A stretch of DNA of 63,914 nt, counting the filler, from Olpidium bornovanus S191 (Eukaryota; Fungi; Olpidiomycota), in NCBI GenBank assembly GCA_017911155.1. It is 28 parts of 28 records of this genome, joined end to end, with 100 filler letters (N's around TTAATTAATTAA, not from the genome) between each part and the next. Parts side by side here need not be neighbours in the genome. Positions count along the whole stretch, not along the records: positions 10,928 to 13,062 come from JAEFCI010002932.1; positions 13,163 to 14,168 come from JAEFCI010011949.1; positions 14,269 to 16,107 come from JAEFCI010007941.1; positions 16,208 to 20,517 come from JAEFCI010006527.1; positions 20,618 to 21,916 come from JAEFCI010001510.1; 23 more parts are not named here. The stretch is one strand, 5' to 3'. Positions 10,928-21,833 of the stretch are shown here, piece after piece. Within the stretch, counting starts at the first letter, position 1. Every line of letters begins with the position of its first letter. Position numbers and translations under genes: made by a program. The notes beneath the pieces are model-generated. The model ran no database searches and was not told the DNA's origin. It saw only the letters and a program-made list of their open reading frames with translations.

Positions 10928-11360
10928 GCATGAACTCGTAGATCGAAACCTTTCTCTCCGAATGTTTGCGCGGTGAGCCATTATACAGGTACATCATCAC
11001 TTTGCTCCCCACACCTTGTCGCAAGATTCTTGGGGCCAGGTAGCTTGCTATCATCACCAAGAGTACGTAATCCTCCAAGATCCGGTTTATTCTTTCGGCG
11101 ACTCCGCTTTATTGTGGGGTATCACGTATTTTAGTCTCGGCGTGGTTACCTCGGCCCCAGAGTTCCGTGAGGTAGTATTCCCCCGTGAATTCCCCATTTC
11201 GATCAGAACAGCCGATTTTGACGTACCATCCGCTTCTCTCAATGAAGGGTGGGAAATCTTCTAGCGATTCCTGGTTCCAGTCACGTCCTCTGATTGGAGA
11301 AAGTGCTCTATTGCCAGGCCCTTTGGTCCAACGCAAGTAAGCTGATAACAGTTCCCAAGG
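10928..11360 (-). pseudogene. Decayed Ty1/copia integrase core
   Basis: YQLTCV...HFLQSEDV, then IERSGWYVKIGCSDRNGEFT...KIRDTPQ*SGVAERINRILEDY...YLYNGSP. This follows the rve pattern (SDxGGEF, TPQQNGVAERxNR, YLxNRxP), with a stop and frameshifts. Confidence 0.88.
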
Positions 11361-11393
11361 ATCGAGTTCTGTGGTGCACGAAAACCAAAACCG

Positions 11394-11403
11394 GTCACGT
11401 GAC
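11394..11403. promoter_or_regulatory. Perfect palindromic E-box GTCACGTGAC upstream of the ATG27/M6PR-like gene
   Basis: Exact 10-mer about 230 bp upstream of the ATG at 11636. Function is inferred. Confidence 0.5.
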
Positions 11404-11635
11404 TTACGCCTTTTTTCCCGCGAGCGAACCGCCACCAAACCCGGGCCCATCTTCTCCCGCTGCCGCGCGAAGGGGAACAGCGGAAAGGCGCCGCCGCACG
11501 CACGGACCTGCTGTCGGTCGATTCCCAGGAGGCCGGAACCCCAGATCCGCTGCAGAAGCGCGCCGGCGGACGGCCGCCTACTGTGGTGCTCAGCGCCGCT
11601 CGCCCGCCGTCCGCTCGGCCTCCGTAAAGGGGGAA

Positions 11636-13062
11636 ATGTTGGCCCGGAGCCGAACGCGGCCGGCGGCTGGGCGGACGGCCGCCGCCGCCGCTTTGCTGGC
11701 GCTTGCCTTCGCTACTGCATCCGTTGCCGCGGGCTCGGCGGAGCAGGCACATCAGCAGCAAGCACAGTCGGCCCCGCTGGTATGCAAGGACGGGTTCGAG
11801 CTTGGAGGGAGGAAGTACAACTTTGCCGGCATCACAAGGTGCGAACGCGGGGGTCAACCTCCCTTCCCCTTCACCACCTCCCTCCCCGCCGCCGCGAAGA
11901 AGGTGGACCTTGGCTGTTTGGGGCGTGTCGGAAAGGCGAAGCGGGGAGGAGAACGACGGCTTGGTCCGGAGTGGTCAAGGTGCACAGGGCTCACCCGCCT
12001 GTCGCCTCTTCTTGCCGTCGCGACCTCATTCGGGACCTGGCCCTACAGGACGTACGACGCCGTCTACAGCGACAGCAACCAAACCGTCAACTACCATTTT
12101 GCCATTCGGTTCTGCGACAACTTGCCGACCATGAATTGCGACAACGCACGGGTGTGCGAGGAATCGCGGAAGTACGGCAACGGGCCGGAAGGGGTGGTGT
12201 ACAAGCAGCTTGCGGGCGCGGAGGCACCGAACGCAACTTTGGAGGGGGTCGACGACCCGTCCGCGCAGCGTGAGTCAAGTTCCCCGCTCAGAAAAATGGC
12301 GGGCGACAAGGACGCCTCCCCCCCCCGTTCTCCTCTACTCTTCCCCCCTGGCATCCCCCATCTGGCCGTTTTGCCCGCGTGAAAAACTCCGGGGTGTTTC
12401 CTCGCGGCCGCTCTGACAGTGCGAGCTCCACGAATTTTGGTTCCCCCGTCTTAGCGAACGTCACGTTGTCGTTCAAGGAGGTTTCGGGGGCACCGCGGGT
12501 GTCGGTCGTTCTCAGCTGTGACCCAGACGTTGTACGTACCTCCCGTATGGTCGTTCGTCCGCGCGAAGGCCACGATACGCAGAACTCGGATTCGACGGAC
12601 AAGGGGTTTTTTTCGCAGACCCAGCGGACGGCGCTGATCGTCCCGCGCCGGCGTCGCTCGTTAACCGGCTTGTGCGCGAGCAGGACGACAGCGCCGTGAA
12701 GCCGCTCCTACGATCGAAAGACGCGACGTCAATAATTTTTGCCTGGCGGACAAAGGCGGCGTGCGCGTGGGTAGCGGGAAACCGTGTAAAGCCGGCTTCC
12801 TCTTCTGATGTCCGCCCGGCGGAAGCGGTCTGGCGTGGGGTTGGAGAACGTTCTCACTCGCTTTTTCGCCTGCGCGGCGCTGTTTATTCGTCCCGCTGAC
12901 CCAGGGAAGCGCCGAAGACGAACCCTCCACCACCAGAGGGAAAGGAACCGGAGCCGAAGCCGATTCCGGATCCGCAGCCGCAGCCGCCGCGCCAGCAGCC
13001 TGGCAAACCCGCTGACGACCAGCCGCCGCCGAAGGCCGCCGAGCCGGAGAAGAAGGGCATGA
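11636..13062 (+). CDS. Signal-peptide protein with an MRH (mannose-6-phosphate receptor homology) domain, ATG27/M6PR-like, spliced, 3'-partial
   Basis: Hydrophobic leader AAAAALLALAFATASVAAG. MRH-like Cys pattern C..GRKYNF / FAIRFCDNL..NCDNARVC / VSVVLSCDP / IFAWRTKAAC, then a P/E-rich linker up to the contig end. Confidence 0.75.
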
Positions 13063-13163
13063 NNNNNNNNNNNNNNNNNNNNNNNNNNNNNNNNNNNNNN
13101 NNNNNNTTAATTAATTAANNNNNNNNNNNNNNNNNNNNNNNNNNNNNNNNNNNNNNNNNNNNA

Positions 13164-13237
13164 GCTTCTTTAGCACAGTTGGTAGTTGCGCAGGTCTCAT
13201 AATCCTGAGGTCGTGAGTTCAATCCTCACAAGGAGCA
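13164..13237 (+). tRNA. trnM: tRNA-Met(CAT), elongator type, intronless
   Basis: Acceptor stem GCTTCTT/AAGGAGC, D-loop GG, anticodon loop CT-CAT-AA with a T31/T39 pair, T-arm GTGAG-TTCAATC-CTCAC, discriminator A, and a T4 run about 13 nt downstream. Confidence 0.95.
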
Positions 13238-14574
13238 ACATAGGTATTATTTTGTTCGTGGGGGAAAGGCCCGCCGAATCATGGGGTGCAGGCGGCGCCG
13301 CGACGGGGTACGAGGAATTGATTTTTGCTCGTTTTCATTTACACATGCAAAAAATTATGGGCGTCCCAGGCTAGTCGTTGTCGCCGTCGTTGTCGGCGCG
13401 GCGTGGGGGTCCCCGTAACAGGGAGAGGGGGGTGTGTCTTTGCTCCTTCTTCCCTTTTGCTCCTTTTTCCCTTTGCTCCTTTCTTTCCGAGGGCCGACTT
13501 CGAGGAGACTTTCCGGTCGCGCGAGGTAAAACCACGTCACGGACGCTCGCTTGGGGCTGGCTGTTTGTAGACTTGATCAATTTCGCGGAGGGAAAAAAAA
13601 AGTCACGTGCCACAGGCGCAAGTCAGCCTCGCGACTGAACAGTTGGGGGAGGTTGGGGGGATGAAGCGTCTTGCCGACACACCCTTCTTCCTTTTTCCGT
13701 CTCGGGCTCCCAAACGGTTCCTTCGCGGTTCACGTTGTCGCGTCGAGGTTTCGGCTGTTGGGGGGCGCGCCCGCGGTTCCGATTTCTCCTCCCCATCCTC
13801 CTCGTTCTTTTTGTTTTCCTGCAAACGGGGGGGGAGGGGGGGGGGGTGTTGCCGCCTGCGGGGGAATCGTCTCCGTGCGATGCCACGGCGCGAAATGCTG
13901 TCGTGGATGATTTCGCGTGGATGTGCTGGTCAGGTTCAGATGACCCGACCTTTCTTTGGGTGTTCGTGCCTCATCGGATTCTTTTTTTTTTTACCCGCGG
14001 CAGATTTCGCTGCGGCCCGAGGTATAGACCGGACTCGCACGGCGTCCAAGCAAAAGAAAACTAGGCGCCGCCCGGTTGTCTAGAAGTCAGGGGGGGATTA
14101 TTTTGGTTGTGGCTCGATGTCGTGGGAAAAATGACCGGGATCCAGAAGAACGCCTTCGCCGGCGGCGGNNNNNNNNNNNNNNNNNNNNNNNNNNNNNNNN
14201 NNNNNNNNNNNNTTAATTAATTAANNNNNNNNNNNNNNNNNNNNNNNNNNNNNNNNNNNNNNNNNNNNAGCATGAAACCATCACAGCGGCGAATCATTGA
14301 AGAACGAGGTTGTGGAACGCTCTGTGGTCCAGAATAGTGCCTCCACAACACCACCCGCTTGAAAGGCAACACATTTTAGATAATGATATTACCCCGTAAA
14401 AGCAAAATTGAGTACCTGTGTATTTAAATTAGCAAAAACGACAGCTACATTTCAGAAAATTTGGAGGAAAGTGAAAACGGTAAGAACAACGGTCAAACAT
14501 GCGTCAGAGGTCAAAACGGCAAAAAAAAAAAATGCACCAAGACTACTCAAGGAAACGTGTCATAATGGCGCGAC

Positions 14575-14608
<34 letters not shown>

Positions 14609-15689
14609 CCCGACAAGCAGAATTATTTTGGCCGCGTTCGGTCGTCGGGGTCCGGTAGCAGCCGCGCAACTTCCAGTCAGGGGTTGCGCTTGTGGCGGGT
14701 GGGAAGCGCTCCGGAATGCGATTGCGCGCAGAGGTCCCGCGCGAGGTGGATCCCGCCGCCACCGGCGTGCTTGGCTTTGAACGCCCCGGAGCGAATGAGA
14801 GCCGGGGGTTCGGCCTCGCACAGAGCGAAACCCTTGGAACGCCGAAGATTCGGACGAGAGCGCGCAAGAAAAGCGTGAACCGCTTTCCCCCCCGGCGGCG
14901 GCGGCGTCGTCATCGGGCCCGGACGCAGAGCGCTCGGTTCCCCGGGTTGGAGAAATCAGAAAAGAGGGCGAAAACGAGAATAGTGGAAGTAAGAGGAGGA
15001 GGAAACGTTGGGATTTTGAGGCGGCATGTGGCGGAATTGCTTGGTGTGGAACGGCGGAGCAGGCGTAGCAGGCTTGCACCCCTCTCCCCGTCCCTTCCCC
15101 CGTGACTGTGCATCTCGTCTTTTCCGCGGCTCCAAAACAGCTTACCTTGGTCCGCGCGTCCGGGCCCCTCTCCCGTCTTCCCAATGTTGCCAACGCCCCT
15201 CAAAGAATCACCGAGAGTGAAGGAACGGGAAAGCTTTCGCGGGAGAAAATACCCAAAAGAAACGTGGCGAGGTTTTTGTGTATGGCGAATCTTTCCCCCT
15301 CCCCAGCTCCTTTCACCCTTCCCCATCCGGGGAGGGCCGAAAGCTCTCTGAACCTCGGCGCATGAGCAAAAAAAAATCAACAAAAATGATGGTCAGGTGT
15401 GTGAGGGGGGTGGGAGGGTAAGTGGGGGGACCGCGAGGGGAGCGGGGAGGGGAGGGGGAAAGTGGGAAGGCGGTGGAAGTGCGGAATGCGTAATCCTTAA
15501 TAGAGTCGACTCGGGAAAAGTTTCGTTCCCCCCCACACTCCGCCCCTCGCCCACACGCTCCGCCCCCCCCCCCTCCCTTTGCCGTTATCTTCTCGATTTT
15601 ACGCTATATGATCACACGATTCCCGGGAGGAGAAGGGGTGGGGAAGGGGGGGGGGGAGGGCCAGGTGGACAGAATCCCCTTTCCCCGTC

Positions 15690-16059
15690 CTATTTCTTGA
15701 CTGGGGCTTTCTTTGACTTTGTGAAAATCTGCGTCGAGATCCCGCCGTTTACGGGCGTAAAGACGATTTCTCTGTAGACGTCCGTGTGGATCTTGTACTC
15801 GAAGCTGGATAAGGAAAAGTTGGTGGGGAAGACAGAAAGAGCGCAAAAGTTTGTGAAGTCCGGGTTAGGTTGTGGGTGGTTCCTCCATACAAAAGAAAAA
15901 GGAAAAAAAAAAAGACAAAGGAAAAAGAAATAGGAAAAAAAGTGGGCGTTTTTACCAGTTCGACAAATTAGTTTGCAGCGGTTTACCGGTCGCGAGCTCG
16001 TACAGCTCGCTGACTTTCACGACGATCTCGGTTTTCTTGTTGCAAACCAAAAGGTAGTC
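15690..16059 (-). CDS. Last two exons of a protein ending in a myosin TH1-like domain
   Basis: Splicing 16059-15956 to 15804-15690 (GT-AG, phase 2) gives DYLLVCNKKTEIVVKVSELYELATGKPLQTNLSNCFEYKIHTDVYREIVFTPVNGGISTQIFTKSKKAPVKK*. This resembles the TH1 pattern DYLLxsxxKTExxxxLxxxYxxxTGxxLxxxFSxxFEYK. Confidence 0.65.
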
Positions 16060-16207
16060 CTGGGGGTTTTGGGTACGAAGGGGGGGAAGCGGGAGGGAGC
16101 GGGCATGNNNNNNNNNNNNNNNNNNNNNNNNNNNNNNNNNNNNNNNNNNNNTTAATTAATTAANNNNNNNNNNNNNNNNNNNNNNNNNNNNNNNNNNNNN
16201 NNNNNNN

Positions 16208-16242
<35 letters not shown>

Positions 16243-16281
16243 GGTTTTCCCCCCCCCCCTTTTTCTTGTTTTTGAAAAAAG

Positions 16282-16316
<35 letters not shown>

Positions 16317-16420
16317 AGGGCTTTCCCGTTCCCCGTCGTTTTCGTAACGAAAGCGCGCTCTTCGGCCGGCTCCTCCTCCTCGACTTTTTCCGTCACCGCC
16401 CACCTCCCCAGCGATCGACT

Positions 16421-17743
16421 TTGTCGGCGGCGCCGAAGAAGGCTGATTTGATCCGCCCGGCTGGCGCCCCCCGACGACCTGCGCGACCGCGCGGCGGGAC
16501 GACGACGGCGGTTGCGGGCGAGTTTGTCCGTCCGGAGCTCGCGCCCGACAAAGTCATCCGGTGCACCGCGTTCTGCACCGCTGAGGAGTACGACCTCACG
16601 AAGCTGCTCGCCCACCTGCCCCGGCGCTACGCCGCGTTACCCGTCGCAGGCGGCGACGTTTGCCGCCTGCGCCTCCCGCGGAAGAGGGCGGGAGGGCGCG
16701 GCGCGGAATCGGACGACGCCGCGGCCGGCGACGTGTTCGTGTTTAGGAGCGGGACGGCCGTCTCCTGGGGTGCGACCGCGAGCGAGACAAACGCGCTGCT
16801 GACATTTATCAGGGAGGCGCCCGGTGTCGAAATCGAGCCGCACTCGAGTTGCGAGTTGCATAATTGCGATTATATTGCTGACCCAAATTCGTAAGTCTTT
16901 TTTTCTCTCCCTGTGCCCCGCGGTCCAAAAAAAAAAAACTGGAAAGTTAGGGGCCGAAGCCGTTGACTTCACAAGGCAACAATTTACGCCCACCTGCTAT
17001 CCCGTCTGCTACTTCTCGTTAGACCCACCGGATCGCGCGACGACACGACTGTTCTTGACAGCACCATTCTTTCGGCGTCGGCCATGCTGGCCTTCTCGCA
17101 GGGCCTCGCCTGGTCCGTGAAGCTCTCCGTGCTTGAGTCGGATCTGAACAGGTACCTTGCAGACGACCGCCACGTCTCGGCTGCTTTGATGGGGCGCCGA
17201 AAGCTTCCCCTGCCCCTCGCGGACGTTCTCCGCAGGCAAGGCGCGCTGCTCAGCTTCCGTCAGAGGCTCAACACGAACCACACCGGCTGCTTCCTGGGCA
17301 CGCCTGACTTCCGCTGGAGTCGACTGCGGCTGCGGAATTTCTACAATGCGGCGACGAATACCTTCGACATCCGCTCGCGTGTTTCCGCGCTCAACAAGAA
17401 GCTGGACCACGTGAACGAGCGGACCCGGGCCGTCGGAAGACACCTTGGCGGCTTGCATGAGACGAAGCTAGTGTGGATCATCATCATGCTTATCGCAATC
17501 TGCGTAAATAATTGCGGAAATCTGCTGCTTGCAAATGTCGTTCGCACTGTGAGATTGACATGTAAAATTGGCTTTTTTCGCCAGGTCGCGTTCGACCTGT
17601 TCCACGTCGTCGATAGGGTGGGCTACCTGGACTTTCTTCCTGTGTCCGGCACTTGTCTCACAGACAGTCTCCAATCCGGTCCTGATCGGGAACCTGATCT
17701 ACCTGACCGGGCGACCCTCCCTAGAAAAGGGCTGCCGGACTAG
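16421..17743 (+). CDS. RMD1/DUF155-family protein (RMND1/MRX10-like), spliced; 5' end uncertain
   Basis: CTAFCTAEEYDL, DVFVFRSGTAVSWG, AFSQGLAWSVKLSVLE, LGTPDFRW, FDIRSRVSALNKKLD and KLVWIIIMLIAI (C-terminal TM segment). Confidence 0.9.
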
Positions 17744-17761
17744 TGGCTCGAATCTGACCAT

Positions 17762-17840
17762 GGCCTTCCGTCACTCCCACGGACTTCCGCCACTCCCTCG
17801 GACTTCCGCCACTCCCTCGGACTTCCGCCACTCCCTCGGA
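17762..17840 (+). repeat. 19-bp minisatellite GGACTTCCGCCACTCCCTC x4 (first copy degenerate)
   Basis: Units start at 17762, 17781, 17800 and 17819. Confidence 0.97.
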
Positions 17841-18584
17841 CAAGTAACAATTTCGTTAGAGGGAAGCGATACTGCCTCCACGAATAGACAGTGAATTTTG
17901 TTTCCACTTTTGCGCCGCGATAGGATCAGTTTTTCGACTGCGGTGGACTCAACCGTCCGCTATTCACACGACTTTTTTTTTTTTTTTTTTTGCTGCACAT
18001 CTCGCTTCCCCGACAGAGCCACTCTTATCAGTCCCATTCGGCGACGTTATAAAATCAGTGCTCGAGATTTTGACCTGCTCATAGATTCGCATTCTGCTAC
18101 TCCTCGCTCCCGGCCACAGGAGCAACCAATACCGTTTGGGAGGTGTTGGGGTTTTGTGGCCGAACAAGTGTTCTGCTGCACGGGCGCTCCGTAGACGGAA
18201 TTCTTGAATCCGGTTCCGAGGTGCTAGACGAAGAGGTCCGCGCCAGGCGTTTCTTTGGTCCAGAGTGTGTCGATAGCGCGACACCAATCGGCGTGCTGCC
18301 CCTTGTGTGGGAAAACCGCTGGGCTTCGTTAGCATGCTTTTAAGGTTGGTTTGAGCGGAACAACACGACGGTCGGGTCCGTGAACTGCACGGGGTTTTCT
18401 GGCAGACCAGACAACTTCCAGTTCGTCAGAATGCACCAGTTCGGGCCCGGCCAGGCAACTTCCGGTTTGTCAGAGTGTAACGGCTCGGCCCGGGAAGTCG
18501 CCGTCGTTTTCTAGTGAAACATCCGAAAGTTCGCCCGGTTTTCTCTTTTTACTTATTTTTTTTTTTTTTTGGTTTTCCGGCCGC

Positions 18585-19229
18585 CTACGCCTTCGTGGCC
18601 TTCTTTCCGCCTCCGCCGCCTCCTCCGAACATCAGGCCGCCGAGAAGCACCTTCTTCTCTTCGCTCTGCAGCATCTCCTCGAGCCTCGCGTTCTCAGCCT
18701 GGAGCAGCTCGAGCCTTTCGTCGACGTCGAGCTTCTCGCCGGCGACGACGTCGATGCGGGCGCGGACGGCGTCCAGCTCCTCGCGCGCGCGCCGCAGGTC
18801 GGCCTCCAGCTGGGCGACCTCGGAGCTCACGCGCGCGGCCTCCTCGCGCACGCGCGCCGTGCGCTCGCCCTGGCGCGCCAGCTCCTCGCGCGCCCGCCGC
18901 GCCGCCGCGGCGAGGTTCGCCGCGGACGCCTTGGTCTTCAGCAGCTCCCGCAGCTGCTTCCCGAGGTTGGCCTGCGTGTGGTCCGTCAGCACCGACGCGA
19001 GCGCCGCCGCCGCGTCGGCGGGCGGCGGCGGCGGAGCGGGAGGCGAATGAGGAGAGGCGCCTTCGGCAGGGCTCCTCCCGCCGCCGCCGCCGCCGCCGCC
19101 CGCCGAAGGCGGCGTGAGCGGCGGGGGGACCGGCGACGCCGCGCTGCTGCTCGGCGCCGGGGAGGACGGCGCCGGCGGCGAACCCGGCGGTTGGAGCGTC
19201 TGCTGCCGGGCGGCGTGCACGTCCGCCAT
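18585..19229 (-). CDS. Hypothetical protein with a Pro/Ser-rich N-terminus and a long coiled coil
   Basis: ATG at 19229. Heptad-rich LRELLKTK...AQLEADLRRAREELDAVRARIDV...LELLQAENARLEEML in GC-rich coding-like sequence. May continue through an intron. Confidence 0.6.
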   Translation of the reverse strand: MADVHAARQQTLQPPGSPPAPSSPAPSSSAASPVPPPLTPPSAGGGGGGGGRSPAEGASPHSPPAPPPPPADAAAALASVLTDHTQANLGKQLRELLKTKASAANLAAAARRAREELARQGERTARVREEAARVSSEVAQLEADLRRAREELDAVRARIDVVAGEKLDVDERLELLQAENARLEEMLQSEEKKVLLGGLMFGGGGGGGKKATKA

Positions 19230-20471
19230 TTGAAACGGAGGAGCTGGGCGAGCGGGGAGGGGTAAGGACGAGCGAGAGAGAGTCCTTGGCTGGCGTGTTT
19301 TCCGCGCCCAACGACGGAATCCGTCCGCCGTCCTCTTCTCCTCGTTCTCCCCCCGCCCTCCGTCTTTCGCCCTCTTGCTCTCTCTCTCTCTCTCTCTTTC
19401 TCTCTTTCTCTCTCTATCTCCCCTTTTCCCGGCCCTCTGATCTCTCTCTGCTCTCTTTTGTAGACGCGGGAAAAGTTGCGGGGTGCAAGAGCGAGAATCT
19501 TGGTCGCGTTTTCTTTTTTTTTTTATTGCAGTCCCCCCAATCGGGGGGGGGGGGAGAGTGGGGACGTGATCAACCGCGTCACGCAGACGGCGGCGACGCC
19601 CGCAACAGAGGTCGCGCGCCCGAGCACGATTATCCACAAGAATCGTCGTTTTGCTTTCTTCGCGCGACAACCACGCAGCCGCACCGGCGAAGAAACGAAG
19701 TCCTCGCGGGCGGGTTACCCGATTCGGAGAGCTGGCTTCGGCGAATTTCTTCAAAAGCCGTCTGGCGGCAAGCGGGGAGGGGGGGGGGGGGGGGGGGGGG
19801 CACTTAGCGAACAAAAAGGTGAAGCAAGTTTTTTTTTTTTTCCGGTCAGCAGGCAAGCGGAGAACCGGGCCTAGTGCCCCCCCGCTGCGGGGTCGTGGGA
19901 GGAATCCTTAATTTCGAAAGCCCCGGAGTTCAAGGGAAAAAAACTCGCCGTTGCTTCCCCGAGATTGAGGCGCGACGAAAGGGGAAAACGTTATCCGAAA
20001 CGGCCGACCGTGCTCCAGGCCGGGGTCTGAGCGAAACGGGCACCGGATGTTCGTGGACGCGTTCGTCGCACCAGTCGACCCCGCGGCAGACGCGGAGCCG
20101 GGGTGTCCCCACGCCGTCACCGTCGCGGAGCCGGAATTTCGCGGCGGCGGAGGCAAAATCCGGCGTCCCAAACATCACACTGTCGGGGCAGTTAGGGGGT
20201 CAGTCTGGGGCGGGCGGGAGAGGCAATTTCGGCTGGAGCCTTTAGTGCATTCGACGGTGAGGCGAAGGGACTTGCGGGCTTTCAGCCCAGGCGCCCTGCC
20301 GGCTGGAGAACTCGGGCTGTGTTTGGGAGTCATCAAAAGGTGCGGCCACCGGGTGGATCGCCAGTGGTCTTGTCAGGGCACGCGAGGGGAGCCGATGTTG
20401 GAGGACGCGCACCGCAGGTTGACGCTCTGTCGTTCAGACAAAAGGGAATGCTTTGCGGCGTAGCTCGTTTG

Positions 20472-20513
<42 letters not shown>

Positions 20514-20618
20514 GGGGNNNNNNNNNNNNNNNNNNNNNNNNNNNNNNNNNNNNNNNNNNNNTTAATTAATTAANNNNNNNNNNNNNNNNNNNNNNNNNNN
20601 NNNNNNNNNNNNNNNNNC

Positions 20619-21833
20619 ATGGATTTGAGCAATTCGAACATCCCGGTCCCGGCGCCTGGCCCTCTGAAACACTCGAGTCTCGTTCCGGCTGCTGTTTCGA
20701 TTGGGCCAGATTCGGCGTCGATGTTCAGCCGGCCATTATTCAATCCGCCTGCAGTTTCCCAGTTCAACGGGTTTGCACTTCCAGTAGCCCAAGGTTTCGC
20801 TGCTGGATTTAGCACTGGCATCGCCTCCATCGGGCCCTCGACTCTTCCTGGCGTCGGGGCCGTTTACCCTGCAGCTGCTCCCTCGGCCGCGGCCGCGATT
20901 TCGTTGACGGGTGGAACACCGACGGCGCCGTTTGCGCCACAGCCAGCGGCCACGATCCCTCCGATTCTTCCCTCCGCCTTCGCCATGCCCGTCCAGCGTG
21001 TAGCAACGTTCGCGAGCCCGCGGACGGCTACGAGCGTTTTTGCGGGCACCGTGGTCCCTGCCTTCGCGACGTCCGCTCTCCAGACACCATCTTTCGCCGC
21101 GCAGCCTCCGACGCCGAAAACGCCTCTGAACGGAAGATTTACCTCTCTGGGCCAGCATGTCCCGACGGAAACGTTGCCGAAATCTCCGGGTCTCGCCAGA
21201 TCGCCGACGAAGACCTGCCCCGCGAGAATAACCAATTCAGATGCACTCCGGGACGACGCGAGTGAGAGGACGACCGACGACTCCGCTGCTGTTGCCATAG
21301 ATCTGTCCGCTGCGGCCAGCACCACTGAGGCCAGCCCCAGCGGCAGCGACAAATTCTTTTCCCCCGTCAGTTCGTCACCGTCATCATTCCACAGGTCCGG
21401 GTCCCCGTCGCCGCCTACCCCGTCTCCGGCACCGCCGCCGCCGACCAAGCCAACCACACCGCCGTTTGTGGCAGTCCCAGGGACAACGTTTGGGGTTCAG
21501 GTTCCTGTTCGTGAGACGGAAATGGAACCTCTTGACGAATGGGAAGCTTTAAAGGAGGAGATCGATATGAACAACGTGGAGGCGCAGGTGGATTGGCATG
21601 GGAGGGCGCTGGAAGTCCTGGACGGTTTGTCGGCAGAGGCGGTTTTTACGCTCGTGCCGTTGGGTTTTAAGACGGGCGTAAGAGTGAAGGCCGAAAGGCG
21701 CGCTGAGGTGAAGAGATTGAAGGTACGAAATAATTATTTCAATCCCGCCATTTGGACCGAGCAAGAAAAGCTTGACGGGTATGGTGACGCTGAACCCATG
21801 ACGTTTGTAACTCTATTTTCGGTGGCGCCCTAA
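20619..21833 (+). CDS. Hypothetical intronless protein with a P/S/T/A-rich N-terminus and an ordered-looking C-terminal ~100 aa
   Basis: 404-codon ATG-to-TAA ORF filling its contig. No family recognised. Confidence 0.6.
   Translation: MDLSNSNIPVPAPGPLKHSSLVPAAVSIGPDSASMFSRPLFNPPAVSQFNGFALPVAQGFAAGFSTGIASIGPSTLPGVGAVYPAAAPSAAAAISLTGGTPTAPFAPQPAATIPPILPSAFAMPVQRVATFASPRTATSVFAGTVVPAFATSALQTPSFAAQPPTPKTPLNGRFTSLGQHVPTETLPKSPGLARSPTKTCPARITNSDALRDDASERTTDDSAAVAIDLSAAASTTEASPSGSDKFFSPVSSSPSSFHRSGSPSPPTPSPAPPPPTKPTTPPFVAVPGTTFGVQVPVRETEMEPLDEWEALKEEIDMNNVEAQVDWHGRALEVLDGLSAEAVFTLVPLGFKTGVRVKAERRAEVKRLKVRNNYFNPAIWTEQEKLDGYGDAEPMTFVTLFSVAP

Noticed and set aside
11109-11111. RIP-like mutation of transposons (CAA to TAA in the integrase)
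   Set aside because: This is a single site. Other stops in the copia remnants do not fit CpA-to-TpA, and no multi-copy alignment is available.
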